Assembly: GCA_964016885.1 (NCBI GenBank)
Contig: OZ024756.1
Location: 18,042,001-18,106,000 of the forward strand
Direction: 5' to 3'
Length of the DNA stretch: 64,000 bases
From: Eledone cirrhosa
Taxonomy: Eukaryota
Part shown: one piece after another, positions 1 through 13,800 of the stretch
How positions within the stretch are numbered: the stretch's first letter is position 1
How the letters are laid out: each line of letters begins with the position of its first letter
Program-made: the position numbers and the translations under genes
The notes under the pieces: generated by a model
What the model saw: only the letters and a program-made list of their open reading frames with translations
The model's database searches: none
Told to the model about the DNA's origin: nothing

Positions 1-144
1 ACATAGAGCACTCTCTTTTCCTTTACCTTTCCTACGTAAATACTTCATTTATATATATATATATATATCCTATCCAGGAAGCTCCAACCGTTAAGGTTGT
101 CTTTTTTTCCGGGTTTGTCAATATTTATTTATAAAACAAATCTG

Positions 145-210
145 TATTTTATCTGATGAAAGCGCACCATAATTCGCCTTGGTTGCCCTTGAAATATGTA
201 TAATAAAATA
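145..210 (+). ncRNA. Minimal type I hammerhead ribozyme
   Basis: Stem I TATTTTAT/ATAAAATA; CTGATGA 153-159; imperfect stem II AAGCGCACC/GGTTGCCCTT; GAAA 191-194; short stem III ATATGTAT; predicted cleavage after A202. Confidence 0.75.
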
Positions 211-812
211 AATATGGTTTTATAAATATAGTTTCCATTTATTAATATATTGTGGAGTTCAAATCCCGCCGAGGTTGACTTTGCCTTTCATCCTTACGGA
301 GTCGATAAAAAAAAGTACCAGTAATGCACTGGGTAATTGCTGGCCTTGTGCCTAAATTAGAAACAATTAATATATTGTGTATTTACTCCACTAATCTGTT
401 GAGTGCTTTTTATCAGTTATAAAAATGTGTTTAAGCTTGTTGAATCCCAACAAATTAAATATAACCTCTGCATATATATATGTGTGTGTGTGTGTCTGTA
501 TGTGTGTGTGTGTGTATGTGTGTGTGTGTGTGTAGTGGGAGCTGTGTTTTAGAGAGTGTTTATATGTATATGTGTGTGTGTGGGGGCAGCTATGTTTGAG
601 GAAGTGTATATGTATATATATATGTGTGTGTGTATATATATGTGTGTGTATGTAGTGGGAGCTATGTTTGAGAAAGTGTATATGTATATACGTATATATG
701 TGAGTGTTTGTGTGTGGGGGAGCTATGTTTGAGAGAGTATTAATATATATATGTATATGTATATGTGTGTGTGTGTGTGTGTGTGTATGTAGTGGGAGCT
801 ACGTTTGAGAGA

Positions 813-880
<68 letters not shown>

Positions 881-1068
881 CTGTGTGTGGGGGGAGCTGT
901 TTGAGAGAGTGTATACGTAGATATATATATGTGTGTGTGTGAGTGTGTGTCTGTGTGTAGTGGGTGGTATGGTTGAGAGTGTATATATATATGTGTATAT
1001 ATAAGTGTGTGTATGTGTGTGTTTATGTATGTATATATGAGTGGAGGGGCGGAGCTATGTTAGAGAGA

Positions 1069-1123
<55 letters not shown>

Positions 1124-1209
1124 GGTGTCTGTGTGTGTGCTTTTATATATGTATATACATGTTTGTGCGTGTGTTTATGTTTGAGAGTGTCTGTGGGTGT
1201 TTGTATGTA

Positions 1210-2597
1210 TGTATGTATGTATGTATGTATATATATATTTTTTTTCATATATGTGTGTGTGTCTATGTGTGCCTGAGTGTGTGTATTTGAGTGTGTTAGT
1301 GTATATGTGTGTGTGTGTGTGTATTTCAGAGTGTCTTTGTATGTATATATATTTTTTTTCATATATGTGTGTGTATCTATGTGTGCCTGAGTGTGTGTAT
1401 TTGAGTGTGTTAGTGTATATATGTGTATGTGTGTATTTCAGAGTGTCTTTGTATGTATATATATTTTTTTTTCATATATGTGTGTGTGTCTATGTGTGCC
1501 TGAGTGTGTGTATTTGAGTGTGTTAGTGTATATATGTGTATGTGTGTATTTCAGAGTGTCTTTGTATGTATATATATTTTTTTTTCATATATGTGTGTGT
1601 GTCTATGTGTGCCTGAGTGTGTGTATTTGAGTGTGTTAGTGTATATATGTGTATGTGTGTATTTCAGAGTGTCTTTGTATGTATATATATTTTTTTTTCA
1701 TATATGTGTGTGTATCTATGTGTGCCTGAGTGTGTGTATTTGAGTGTGTTAGTGTATATATGTGTATGTGTGTATTTCAGAGTGTCTTTGTATGTATATA
1801 TATTTTTTTTTCATATATGTGTGTGTGTCTATGTGTGCCTGAGTGTGTGTATTTGAGTGTGTTAGTGTATATATGTGTATGTGTGTATTTCAGAGTGTCT
1901 TTGTATGTATATATATTTTTTTTTCATATATGTGTGTGTGTCTATGTGTGCCTGAGTGTGTGTATTTGAGTGTGTTAGTGTATATATGTGTATGTGTGTA
2001 TTTCAGAGTGTCTTTGTATGTATATATATTTTTTTTTCATATATGTGTGTGTGTCTATGTGTGCCTGAGTGTGTGTATTTGAGTGTGTTAGTGTATATAT
2101 GTGTATGTGTGTATTTCAGAGTGTCTTTGTATGTATATATTTTTTTTTTCATATATGTGTGTGTATCTATGTGTGCCTGAGTGTGTGTATTTGAGTGTGT
2201 TAGTGTATATATGTGTATGTGTGTATTTCAGAGTGTCTTTGTATGTATATATATTTTTTTTTCATATATGTGTGTGTGTCTATGTGTGCCTGAGTGTGTG
2301 TATTTGAGTGTGTTAGTGTATATATGTGTGTGTGTGTGTATTTCAGAGTGTCTTTGTATGTATATATATTTTTTTTCATATATGTGTGTGTGTCTATGTG
2401 TGCCTGAGTGTGTGTATTTGAGTGTGTTAGTGTATATATGTGTGTGTGTGTGTGTATTTCAGAGTGTCTTTGTATGTATATATATTTTTTTTCATATATA
2501 TGTGTGTGTCTATGTGTACCTGAGTGTGTGTATTTGAGTGTGTTAGTGTATATATGTGTGTGTGTGTATTTCAGAGTGTCTTTGTATGTATATATAT
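1210..2597. repeat. 113-bp minisatellite, about 12 copies
   Basis: Period of 113 visible in ORF starts 1391, 1504, 1617, 1730, 1843, 1956. Confidence 0.92.
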
Positions 2598-2742
2598 AGA
2601 GAGAGAGACGTGTGTGTCTGTGTGCGTATGTATCTCCACGTGCTAATCCCATCACTTCCCCCCACACACCCACTCAACACCCATAACTTAATTTTCAGAT
2701 CATTTTCGTCATATAAACGTCATTGAATCGTTATCACGCTTA

Positions 2743-2804
<62 letters not shown>

Positions 2805-2982
2805 TTATCTATCTATATAATTTTCTTTTCAATTCAATTTACCTATTTATATAAGCTTTCGTAATCTTTCATTCTTGCGTTCTTTCATTCCTTCATTTCG
2901 TCATCTTTTTTAATCCAATAATTATTGCATTATGTATGTATGTCGGGTCACTCTTGAGTGCTACTGGTAACATGTAACCCAG

Positions 2983-3575
2983 TACAACCTGTCGCATGGT
3001 CGGGTCGTCGGCGACTAAACCGGAACCCCACCAAGTTTACTTGGAGAGGAGGGTGATTTTGGACACCCTGCAGGACAAAAAACAAAACCTGACAAAGGGC
3101 GGAAGAACTCATAAGAGTCAACGTCCATCCAAAAGTGTGTAAATATGTATATACACATGTACCTATGTATGTATATGTATATGTATATGTGTATATACAT
3201 GGGTGCATGTGTGTGTATATGCGCGAGGACATAGAAATAGTCGGGCTGGACACCTGATCGCGCAGTTAAACCACTGGGAGTGAAAGGCCCCTAGCCTTTA
3301 TCAGGGCATTCTTCTAGGAGAAGGCAACTCAGGAAACTGGGATAACTCCGATATAAAACCTGCGGCTCAGTAGTTACCGATAATGTTGATCTTTTCTTCT
3401 TTTCGGGTTATAGCTACTGTCGCTCAGAGAGTGGGATTGGCTCAGTGCACAGTCTTTCCTCACTTTAAAAAAATATCTTCACTCACAGGCATTGCACGAC
3501 AGAATTAATTAATAATTATTAATAATGGTATATCGTGCAATGGCGATACACGAAAACGAGAGGGCAGCCATCATG
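2983..3575 (+). mobile_element. Dispersed ~590-bp non-autonomous retroelement-like repeat (second, deleted copy at 18443-18885)
   Basis: Both copies start TACAACCTGTCGCATGG and end GGGCAGC plus (ATGT)n; contains an RTE-5'UTR-like TCTAGGAGAAGGCAACTC. Confidence 0.6.
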
Positions 3576-3603
3576 TATGTATGTGTGTATTTGTCTGTCA
3601 GTC

Positions 3604-3640
<37 letters not shown>

Positions 3641-4313
3641 GATAGAATGCTTTGCAGTATCCGTTTCGGCTCTCTGCTCTCTGAGTTCAAATCCCGCCGA
3701 GTTTAACTTTGCCTTTCATCTATTCAAGGTAGATAAAAAATAAAAAAAGTACCAGTCAAGTACTGGGGTTGAATCTCCCTCTATATCTATTTCTCACTTA
3801 CATTTTCTCTCACTCTCTCTCTCTCATTCTCTTAAAGAAATCTGTTGTATTCACAACTGGAGAGGAGATTGGCTCCATCAGGTTTTTTTTAAATGTCCCA
3901 GAAATGCTGCATGCCAGCATGGCGACCTTACGACTCCTTCAGGAGTTATGGGACCAAACCATGACATGTAAAGAACCAGAACAAATCACCACAAGAACAT
4001 TTTATCCAATGCTCTACCAATTCTAACAATCCAGAAGAGTGGGCTCGTGAGGTTTTAAAATGCCATAGAAACACTGTATGTCAATATGGCGCCCCCCTAC
4101 GACTCCATCAGGAGTTACGGGCCATTGCATACATGCATTATCAATAGAATATATAAAAATCAACAAAAACAAAGAAAAAGAAAAGATGGAACTATATTAA
4201 AGGATATTATTTCAGTTCTATTATCCCCAAATACGGCAATACTAAAGATAGAAGAAAAGAAATTTTAATGTAGTGAAATTGATTCCAGTGAAGAATCAAA
4301 CTCGTGTCGAAGG

Positions 4314-5152
4314 ATCTGATCTAAGGTTCTGATCTAAGACTCTGATCTAAGGCCCTGGTGGAGGGCTCTGATCTAATGCTCTGATCTAAGGCTCTGATGG
4401 AAGGCTCTGATCTAAAGCTCTGATCTAGGGCTCTGATCTAAGGCTCTGATCTAGGGCTCTGATCTAAGGCTCTGATCTAAGGCTCTGATCTAAGGCTCTG
4501 ATCTAGGGCTCTGATGGAAGGCTCTGATCTAAAGCTCTGATCTAGGGCTCTGATCTAAGGCTCTGATCTAAGGCTCTGATGGAAGGCTCTGATCTAAAGC
4601 TCTGATCTAGGGCTCTGATCTAAGGCTCTGATCTAGGGCTCTGATCTAAGGCTCTGATCTAAGGCTCTGATCTAAGGCTCTGATCTAATGCTCTGATCTA
4701 AGGCTCTGGTGGAAGGCTCTGATCTAAAGCTCTGATCTAGGGCTCTGATCTAAGGCTCTGATCTAGGGCTCTGATCTAAGGCTCTGATCTAAGGCTCTGA
4801 TCTAGGGCTCTGATCTAGGGCTCTGATCTAAAGCTCTGATCTAGGGCTCTGATCTAAGGCTCTGATCTAAGGCTCTGATCTAAGGCTCTGATCTAAGGCT
4901 CTGATCTAGGGCTCTGATCTAAAGCTCTGATCTAGGGCTCTGATCTAAGGCTCTGATCTAAAGCTCTGATCTAAGGCTCTGATCTAAGGCTCTGATCTAA
5001 GGCTCTGATCTAGGGCTCTGATCTAAAGCTCTGATCTAGGGCTCTGATCTAAGGCTCTGATCTAGGGCTCTGATCTAGGGCTCTGATCTAGGGCTCTGAT
5101 CTAGGGCTCTGATCTAAGTCTCTGATCTAGGGCTCTGATCTAGGGCTCTGAT
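4314..5152. repeat. 13-bp minisatellite (CTCTGATCTARGG), about 64 copies
   Basis: Direct reading; occasional 14-bp GATGGAAGG variants. Confidence 0.95.
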
Positions 5153-5388
5153 CGCAGGAAACGTAGCACTTTGTCAACAATACAAACTATTGAATGAAAA
5201 TAGTTTGTTTATTGCAATGATATGTCATGTGTGGGTGTGATAGTGAAAGTGAAAGAGAAAATGGACATTGATTTAAAATTGAAACCGATTCACATAATCA
5301 CCTGGTCTTGAGCATACTTTGCACTACATGTCGATCAATACATAGGAAGACTCATGTGATTATTGGAATAATAATTGTGATACAGACA

Positions 5389-5447
<59 letters not shown>

Positions 5448-5629
5448 ATACACACACACATACACACACACATATATATATATATTCCAAGTAAAAAGTG
5501 TTGGTTAATCAAGCAATCGACCGACTAGTGTAAACAAACGTAAGCACTCCACGTCGTGGGTACCTTAAGGTATTACCTATAAGGTATCAAACAGGGTGTC
5601 AATAATATTTTTAAAAGACGGGAGACGGT

Positions 5630-5672
<43 letters not shown>

Positions 5673-5682
5673 GGAGTGTATG

Positions 5683-5757
<75 letters not shown>

Positions 5758-5846
5758 GTATAACGGGTAAACAGAAATAACAAAACAAACGGTACAGTCT
5801 ATGGAAGGAATATATTAGTTTAATGCTTGAAATAACAGAAAAAGGG

Positions 5847-5882
5847 TCTTAACGTTTCGGACGTTTGTCCTTCATCAGAAGA
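5847..5882 (-). ncRNA. Minimal type I hammerhead ribozyme (Penelope-type)
   Basis: Reverse complement reads TCTT CTGATGA A GGAC AAAC GTCC GAAA CG TT AAGA, with palindromic stem III AACGTT. Confidence 0.85.
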
Positions 5883-6092
5883 AAGAATGAGAAATTACAA
5901 AGATTGAGGGGGCGGGAAAAGCCGTACAATGCAAGTGGGTTAGAATTACCAAGGTAACAAGTTGGAAAGGAATTGAAAGAGATGAGGTAAAAAGAAAAAG
6001 TCATCTCTCTTAATTATTTTCTGACTTGTTACTTTGATAATCTAATCCACTTGCATTGTACGGCTTTCTAAACACACATAGCCACCTTTCAT

Positions 6093-6197
<105 letters not shown>

Positions 6198-6559
6198 CGC
6201 GCGCGCGAGCAAATCGTTCCCGGCGTCAAAGCTGATTGTAATTGATTAAGTCTCCGAGCTGGTCATTTACGGAACCACGTGTTACGTGTGATTACGAATA
6301 TAATATATTAAACTGTAACTTCGATCTCTCATTCGTAATATAAACACTCTGTATATTACGCCAATAACAAACAGATGTGAGTGTTAATACACACTTTTAG
6401 CACTGAATATCTAATTCACGTAAAAGCTTGGGTGCTGAAAAAAAAACTGGTCTCACCTTTAGTAATATATTATTAGTTATCACTCACTCACCCTCTCTCT
6501 CTCTCTCTCCCTCACCCTCTCTCTCTTCATCTCTCTCACTCAACCTCTCTCTTTCTCTA

Positions 6560-6594
<35 letters not shown>

Positions 6595-6729
6595 TTAATA
6601 TAGAAATGGCTTCTACAGAGCTAGAACTGTTTCATTCGAGAGAAGCCATTTCTATATTAAATATTTATACTCTGCTATGTATTGAGTACCTTACTTACTG
6701 TGGTTACCCCTGATTCAACCCGGGATAAA

Positions 6730-6777
<48 letters not shown>

Positions 6778-7729
6778 AGATGAGGCAAGGACTGGGGGGG
6801 GGGCGGCGGTGATGAGATGACGTGATGGTAATCTAAACACTTGTAAGGGTTGGAGTATTGGTGAAAGGAGTCGGGCGGAGGCAGCGGGGGAGGGTTCGAT
6901 TATAAGATGGGGGGGGAGTGGGATGAAATGGTGATGTGGTGTAAGGGTAAGGGGGGGAAACCTGGTAGGAGTGGGGTGGGGGATGATGGGGAAAGAAGAA
7001 GAAGAAGAAAAAGAAGAAGGCCAACACGTTCGTTTAAGTGTTTCATTGATTAACAACAGTATTTGGGTGAATGCGTTTGTCTTTTATTTATTTATTTATT
7101 TATGTATGTATTTATTGTTTATCGATCTCCATCGACCAGGCATGTCAGAGACCCTCACCGGCCATGTTGTATACAGGAGAGTAGATGAACTTAATAAAAC
7201 GGTTGGTCTCCAGAGAAGAACGCGTTATTTATTCAGGGTAGAAAACAGAACTGGTTTCATACTCTTCGTGTCCCCCCTCCAGTCATTCATTATCCTCGAC
7301 ACTTTATATCGATTACAAATCAACACCTACACTAAACAACGATTTCTCTTCATTAAACACACAGCTTTTTTTTATTATTATAGGTAAAATTCCGTTATAA
7401 CGAATACCATTATAACGAATTTTTCAGTATAACGATATTTTTCCAGTATAACGACATTTTTCAAACAAACGCTTTATTTGTTTCGATCGATCTCGTTATA
7501 AAGAATTTTTCGTGACAACAATTTTTTTTTTTTTTATAACGTCGGTAGAGGTCGGACGCCATGCTTTGACGCATAGAGTTACGGCCCTTGCCATTCTGAG
7601 TTCAAATCCCGCCGAGGTTAACTTTGCCTTTCATCCTTACGGGGTCGATAAAATAAAGTACCAGTAATGCACTGAGATAATTGCTGGCCTTGTGCCCAAA
7701 ATAGAAACAATTATTTTTTTATTATTCAA

Positions 7730-7948
7730 AGGCAGTGGATTGGCAGAATTGGTGGAGCGTCGGACATCATGCTTCACGGCATAGAGTTACAGCCCTTTGC
7801 ATTCTGATTTCAAATTCCGCCGAGGTTAGCTTTGCCTTTCATCCTTACGGGGGTCGATAAAACAAAGTACCAGTAATACATTGGGGGTGGATATAATCGA
7901 CTCTCCCCTCCCCAAAAATTGTTGGCCTTGTGTCTAAATCAGAAACCA
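7730..7948 (+). mobile_element. tRNA-derived SINE family A (Meta/MESC-like core GCCTTTCATCCTTACGGGGTCGATAAA), representative copy
   Basis: A box TGGCAGAATTGG, B box TTCAAATTCC, conserved core, (ATT)n tail. Other copies at about 255-365+, 3640-3770+, 7540-7712+, 7988-8170-, 15520-15690+, 15705-15888+, 17194-17329-, 20605-20797+, 25690-25908+, 26180-26372-, 32255-32412+, 39372-39588+, 40395-40600-, 52360-52515+, 58450-58685-, 62865-63005- and 63290-63380-. Confidence 0.85.
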
Positions 7949-8259
7949 TTATAAGGTAGCATTGTAAAGTTAGACAAATAATAATAATTGTTTCTACTTT
8001 AGGCACAAGGCCAGCAATTACCCAGTGCATTACTGGTACTTTATTTTATCGACCCCGTAAGGATGAAAGGCAAAGTCAACCTCGGCGGGATTTGAACTCA
8101 GATCGTAAAGGGACGTAACTATGCTGGAAAGCATGGCGTCCGACCCTCTACCGATACTGCCAATCCACAATAATAATATTTAAAAGGAAGAAGGAAAGGA
8201 GGGAGGAAGAGAAGAAAGAAAGAAAGGAAGAAAAAAAGATAGAAAGAAAGAAAGGAGGA

Positions 8260-8318
<59 letters not shown>

Positions 8319-8704
8319 GCAGAGAAGAGAGAGAAAGGCAAGTGTTGCACTATTTTCTATGAGATTTCCAAAGTAAACTAAGTTAAGGTGAAATTATTAA
8401 GTTAACTAACTAAAACTGTTTAGTACTGTTTTGAGATTATTTTTCCAGAATCTTCCATTTTTAACTGGATGCACGTGCAGAAATGTTCGCTTTTAATTTC
8501 ATTTCATTTCTCAACTACACGACTTTACTGAGATTACAACCAAGAAAACAACAATAGTATATAGCGCTGATTTAATTATTTATTTATTTGCTGTGTGTGC
8601 ACATATCTGCGTGTGTGAGTACGTGCGCGTGTTAAATACTGCTTTATATATATGTGTGTGTGTGTGTGTGTGAGACTGTATGTGTGTGTGAATTCGTGTG
8701 TGTG

Positions 8705-8745
8705 TTAAATATATATATATGTATATATATATATATGTATATATG

Positions 8746-8822
<77 letters not shown>

Positions 8823-8823
8823 G

Positions 8824-8856
<33 letters not shown>

Positions 8857-8869
8857 GTATATATATATG

Positions 8870-8900
<31 letters not shown>

Positions 8901-8943
8901 GTATATATATATGTGTATATATATATATATGTATATATATATG

Positions 8944-9028
<85 letters not shown>

Positions 9029-9436
9029 GTGTATATATATATATGTATATATGTATATATGTATATATATATGTATATATATATGTATATATGTATATAT
9101 ATATGTATATATGTATATATATATGTATATATGTATGTATATATGTATATATATATGTATATATGTATATATATATGTATATATGTATGTATATATATAT
9201 ATGTATATATATATATGTATATATGTATATATATATGTATATATGTATGTATATATGTATATATGTATATATATATATGTATATATGTATATATATATAT
9301 GTAAATATATATGTATATATGTATATATATATGTATATATGTATATATGTATATATGTATATATGTATATATATATGTATATATGTATATATATATGTAT
9401 ATATGTATATATATATGTATATATGTATATATATAT

Positions 9437-9469
<33 letters not shown>

Positions 9470-9470
9470 G
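8705..9470. repeat. Compound (TA)n/(TATG)n microsatellite
   Basis: Direct reading. Confidence 0.95.
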
Positions 9471-10660
9471 ATAGATATATATCTATAAGCAAGTATTGCA
9501 ACAAGAAAAATAAAACGTCGGCGTGAAGGAGATTAGGAATTTATTTGCTTTGACATGTGTTTCTGTGTCTATTAAAATTGTCTACGTATGCTGACTAGAA
9601 TATATATTGTTCAATCATATGCAATACTTAATTATTTATTACACTTTCATCAGAAAGCCTATAGTAGTGAAATTCAACTATTCCCTACGCTGTAGAGTTC
9701 TACTTCGTGGTGATCAGGTGATCATAGGTATTTCTTCGCATTACAGACCATATACCTCCGGCTAGGGCAATACAATAACTAAATTAAGTTATTGGGATAA
9801 AAAGAGTTGGGTGGAGAAAGAGAGACAGGTAAACAAACACGAATGGTGAGGCAACGTAAAGAGAGGAAAAAATGAGAAAATCAAGTCAATAATTCATTTT
9901 GGACATTAAGAACGTGCGAATATTGACGAGAAGGCAAAAGACACATCTTGGCCGTGCGAAGGTGAGCGCGGAAAGAATTTCGTACGGTGTGGGACGATGG
10001 AGGAAGTGATAAATATATATATATAGAGAGAGATATATATGTCTGTGTGTGTGTATGTATGTATGTATGTGTGCGTATGTATTTGTATGTGTATATGTGT
10101 GTGTCTATATATGTGTGCATCTGTATGTCTGTATATTTGTGTCTCTATCTATGTTTATGTATGTGTGATAAATGGATATCCATGTGATTTTTGTGTGCGT
10201 GGTTTGTGTGTGTATGTATGTGTGTTTTCATTTGTGTCCGTGTGTGTTTATATATGTGCAATTAATGTGTTGCTGTGTGTGTGTATGTGTGTGTGTATGT
10301 GAATATGTGTGATTAAAGCGGGATTACATTGAACGCCGAGTTGAGATTATTGTTATAATCTGAAAGGGTTTCAACATCGAACAGTGAAGCAGGATTAAAG
10401 ACCCATGTTTCAAAAATGGCCGACAGATAATCCATTATCAAAGCTATGGACATGTTTGGTCGGTGGGAAAGCTGACTGTAGCTGGATAGCTGATATGTGT
10501 GCGTGTGTGTGTGTGTCCGTTAGAAATATACATTTTGACAACATTCCTGCTATGGTTAGCTCGCATATGCGTCCAAACCAGCCCCTGTTGCGTGAGTAAT
10601 TTGAGAGCTGCCAGACTTTGGAAAGTCGTTTTCTATTTTTTCCCCCATCGTCTTAGGAAA

Positions 10661-11041
10661 TTTATATATAATATAAAAGAAAGGAGTTTATAGGCTGGTT
10701 GACTGGTTGGCTGGTTGGTTGGTTGGCTGGTTGGTTGGTTGGTTGGCTGGTTGGTTGGTTGGTTGGTTGGTTGGTTGGTTGGTTGGTTGGTTGGTTGGTT
10801 GGTTGGTTGGTTGGTTGAATCACACGAAAACTACAAACACACACACACACATACACAAACATCTAAAGAGAGAGAGACACAAAGGGAGAAGCAGAAAGAG
10901 AAGTTTTATGATTGTTTGTTTTTTGTCTTTCTCACACACACTCACACACATTACGGTCTCACCTCATACTGTAAACCAGACAACTCATCGAATACAGTCA
11001 TTTTCTCTGCTCTCCCGGGCGAAGCCGGGTACCTCAGCTAA
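10661..11041 (+). mobile_element. Non-autonomous Helitron-like element with internal (GGTT)n (duplicated at ~12715-13091)
   Basis: 5' TTTATATATAATATAAAA; 3' hairpin CCCGGGCGAAGCCGGG followed by CAGCTAA|T; inserted between A and T. A similar 3' end lies on the minus strand at ~23194-23222. Confidence 0.6.
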
Positions 11042-11314
11042 TATAATAAATATATATGTGTGTATATGGAGTATTTATATAGTGTAAGTGAGTCAGTAAA
11101 TTACTGGTGGTGGTATTAATATGAGCACTCAATGCACAGGCAGGGTGTAAATAATTAATACTAATAAAAAAACAATGAAGTTTCGTTTGCATGTATTTAT
11201 GTTTTTATTGAGCATCGACCAACGTGGAATAAAGTGTTTTCCTTAAGGACACAACGCACCACCAACAGTCGAACTCAAAGCCTTGCGATCGTGAGCAAAA
11301 CACCTAAACCACTA

Positions 11315-11354
<40 letters not shown>

Positions 11355-11358
<4 letters not shown>

Positions 11359-11750
11359 GCGGGGAGTGCCTCATTAAGAACATTGTGTACCAGTGCGATG
11401 TCACTACCGGCCGAAATGAATACACCTATATAGGCACGACCTCGACTACCTTTAAGGAACGACTTTACAACCACAAAAGCTCACTCAACCACAGACTTAA
11501 ACACTCCCAAACCAGACTGGCAGATTTGATCTGGGACCTCAAGGACAAGAACCTGAAATACCAGATCAAATGATCAGTTAGGAGACACGTGGCCCAAATT
11601 CCCACCGGCGGAAACCTCTGCAGGTTGTGCCTGGCCGAATGGGCCGAGATCATTAAATTAAAATCGGCCATAAATTTGAGATCGGGAATCTTAATAAACT
11701 GTAGACACACCAGGAAGAATACTTTCTCCGCCCTGATATTCGGGCAGGTG
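11355..11750 (+). mobile_element. Penelope-like element GIY-YIG endonuclease remnant (copy 1)
   Basis: GECLIKNIVYQC...YIGTTSTTFKERLYNHKSS...IWDLK...IK*SV...CRLCLAE...INLRS...CRH; one in-frame TGA at 11571. Confidence 0.85.
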
Positions 11751-13364
11751 CGACGGACAAAACACAACATAGGAATAACTACCACTATTTTCTCATGTCA
11801 TATCTCATTACCACTATTATCCTTGTTAATTTTTTAATTTATAATCCTTTTTTAGTTTTGATCCTGTAAATGTTAGGTCGCACTCACTACCATACGCCCC
11901 ACCGCTAAACACATCACCATGCATCCACCACCCTCACCCACACCAACACATACCACATACCATTGAGTCACACACATACCAACAACACCATACACTTCAC
12001 CACAACGGTTTACATCACCCCATCTTGTATCAATAATTTCACCACCGTTATTCAACATCACGTCTTATATCCTTTCTACCACCCATTTACCCCCATCATC
12101 TATATACAACGCCAATGTGCGTACGCCTGCACATATCTCGTGTATGTGCACGCGTGTGTATACGCATGTATATATGTAAGTTTATGTATGGATGTGTATA
12201 TAGGTGTATGTAAGGGTGAGTGAGTGCGTATGTATGTATGCCCATATGTGTTTGAATGCACCCTTGCACAGCCTTATAATGGTATGGGTCCCCAGACTGC
12301 GAGCACCCTTATATCATTGGCGTGCGCACATGCGGGGCCCCGGGCATATGTGCGATACGATGCGTACGTTAGCCCGTGGGGCCAGTGCGGGAGTCCAGGA
12401 TGACCCGCAGGAAAACTCCATATCCCCTGCCACAAGCAGACGCGTATAACAAGGAACGTCCATCTGACTCCGTGTACCTCCCACGTGTGCCTATGTGGGG
12501 TGATGTATATATGGATGTGTGTATATATATGTATATGTAAATATATATATGTGTGCGTGTGTGTGTGTGTCCGTTAGAAATATACATTTTGACAACATTC
12601 CTGCTATGGTTAGCTCGCATATGCGTCCAAACCAGCCCCTGTTGCGTGAGTAATTTGAGAGCTGCCAGACTTTGGAAAGTCGTTTTCTATTTTTTCCCCC
12701 ATCGTCTTAGGAAATTTATATATAATATAAAAGAAAGGAGTTTATAGGCTGGTTGACTGGTTGGCTGGTTGGTTGGTTGGCTGGTTGGTTGGTTGGTTGG
12801 CTGGTTGGTTGGTTGGTTGGTTGGTTGGTTGGTTGGTTGGTTGGTTGGTTGGTTGGTTGGTTGGTTGAATCACACGAAAACTACAAACACACACACACAC
12901 ATACACAAACATCTAAAGAGAGAGAGACACAAAGGGAGAAGCAGAAAGAGAAGTTTTATGATTGTTTGTTTTTTGTCTTTCTCACACACACTCACACACA
13001 TTACGGTCTCACCTCATACTGTAAACCAGACAACTCATCGAATACAGTCATTTTCTCTGCTCTCCCGGGCGAAGCCGGGTACCTCAGCTAATATAATAAA
13101 TATATATGTGTGTATATGGAGTATTTATATAGTGTAAGTGAGTCAGTAAATTACTGGTGGTGGTATTAATATGAGCACTCAATGCACAGGCAGGGTGTAA
13201 ATAATTAATACTAATAAAAAAACAATGAAGTTTCGTTTGCATGTATTTATGTTTTTATTGAGCATCGACCAACGTGGAATAAAGTGTTTTCCTTAAGGAC
13301 ACAACGCACCACCAACAGTCGAACTCAAAGCCTTGCGATCGTGAGCAAAACACCTAAACCACTA

Positions 13365-13404
<40 letters not shown>

Positions 13405-13408
<4 letters not shown>

Positions 13409-13800
13409 GCGGGGAGTGCCTCATTAAGAACATTGTGTACCAGTGCGATGTCACTACCGGCCGAAATGAATACACCTATATAGGCACGACCTCGACTACC
13501 TTTAAGGAACGACTTTACAACCACAAAAGCTCACTCAACCACAGACTTAAACACTCCCAAACCAGACTGGCAGATTTGATCTGGGACCTCAAGGACAAGA
13601 ACCTGAAATACCAGATCAAATGATCAGTTAGGAGACACGTGGCCCAAATTCCCACCGGCGGAAACCTCTGCAGGTTGTGCCTGGCCGAATGGGCCGAGAT
13701 CATTAAATTAAAATCGGCCATAAATTTGAGATCGGGAATCTTAATAAACTGTAGACACACCAGGAAGAATACTTTCTCCGCCCTGATATTCGGGCAGGTG
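13405..13800 (+). mobile_element. Penelope-like GIY-YIG remnant (copy 2, part of the tandem duplication)
   Basis: Identical to 11355-11750 at +2050. Confidence 0.85.

Noticed and set aside
4314-5152. 13-bp array as a coding or telomeric repeat
   Set aside because: Frames cycle through stop codons on both strands and the unit is not a known telomere motif.
7130-7345. Unique island with possible exon signals (MSETLTGHVVYRRVDELNKT)
   Set aside because: No recognisable domain or partner exons; cannot be supported without transcript data.
12409-12445. ATGA...AAAA stem as a possible SECIS
   Set aside because: Spacing from ATGA to AA is too short and there is no 3' GA quartet partner.
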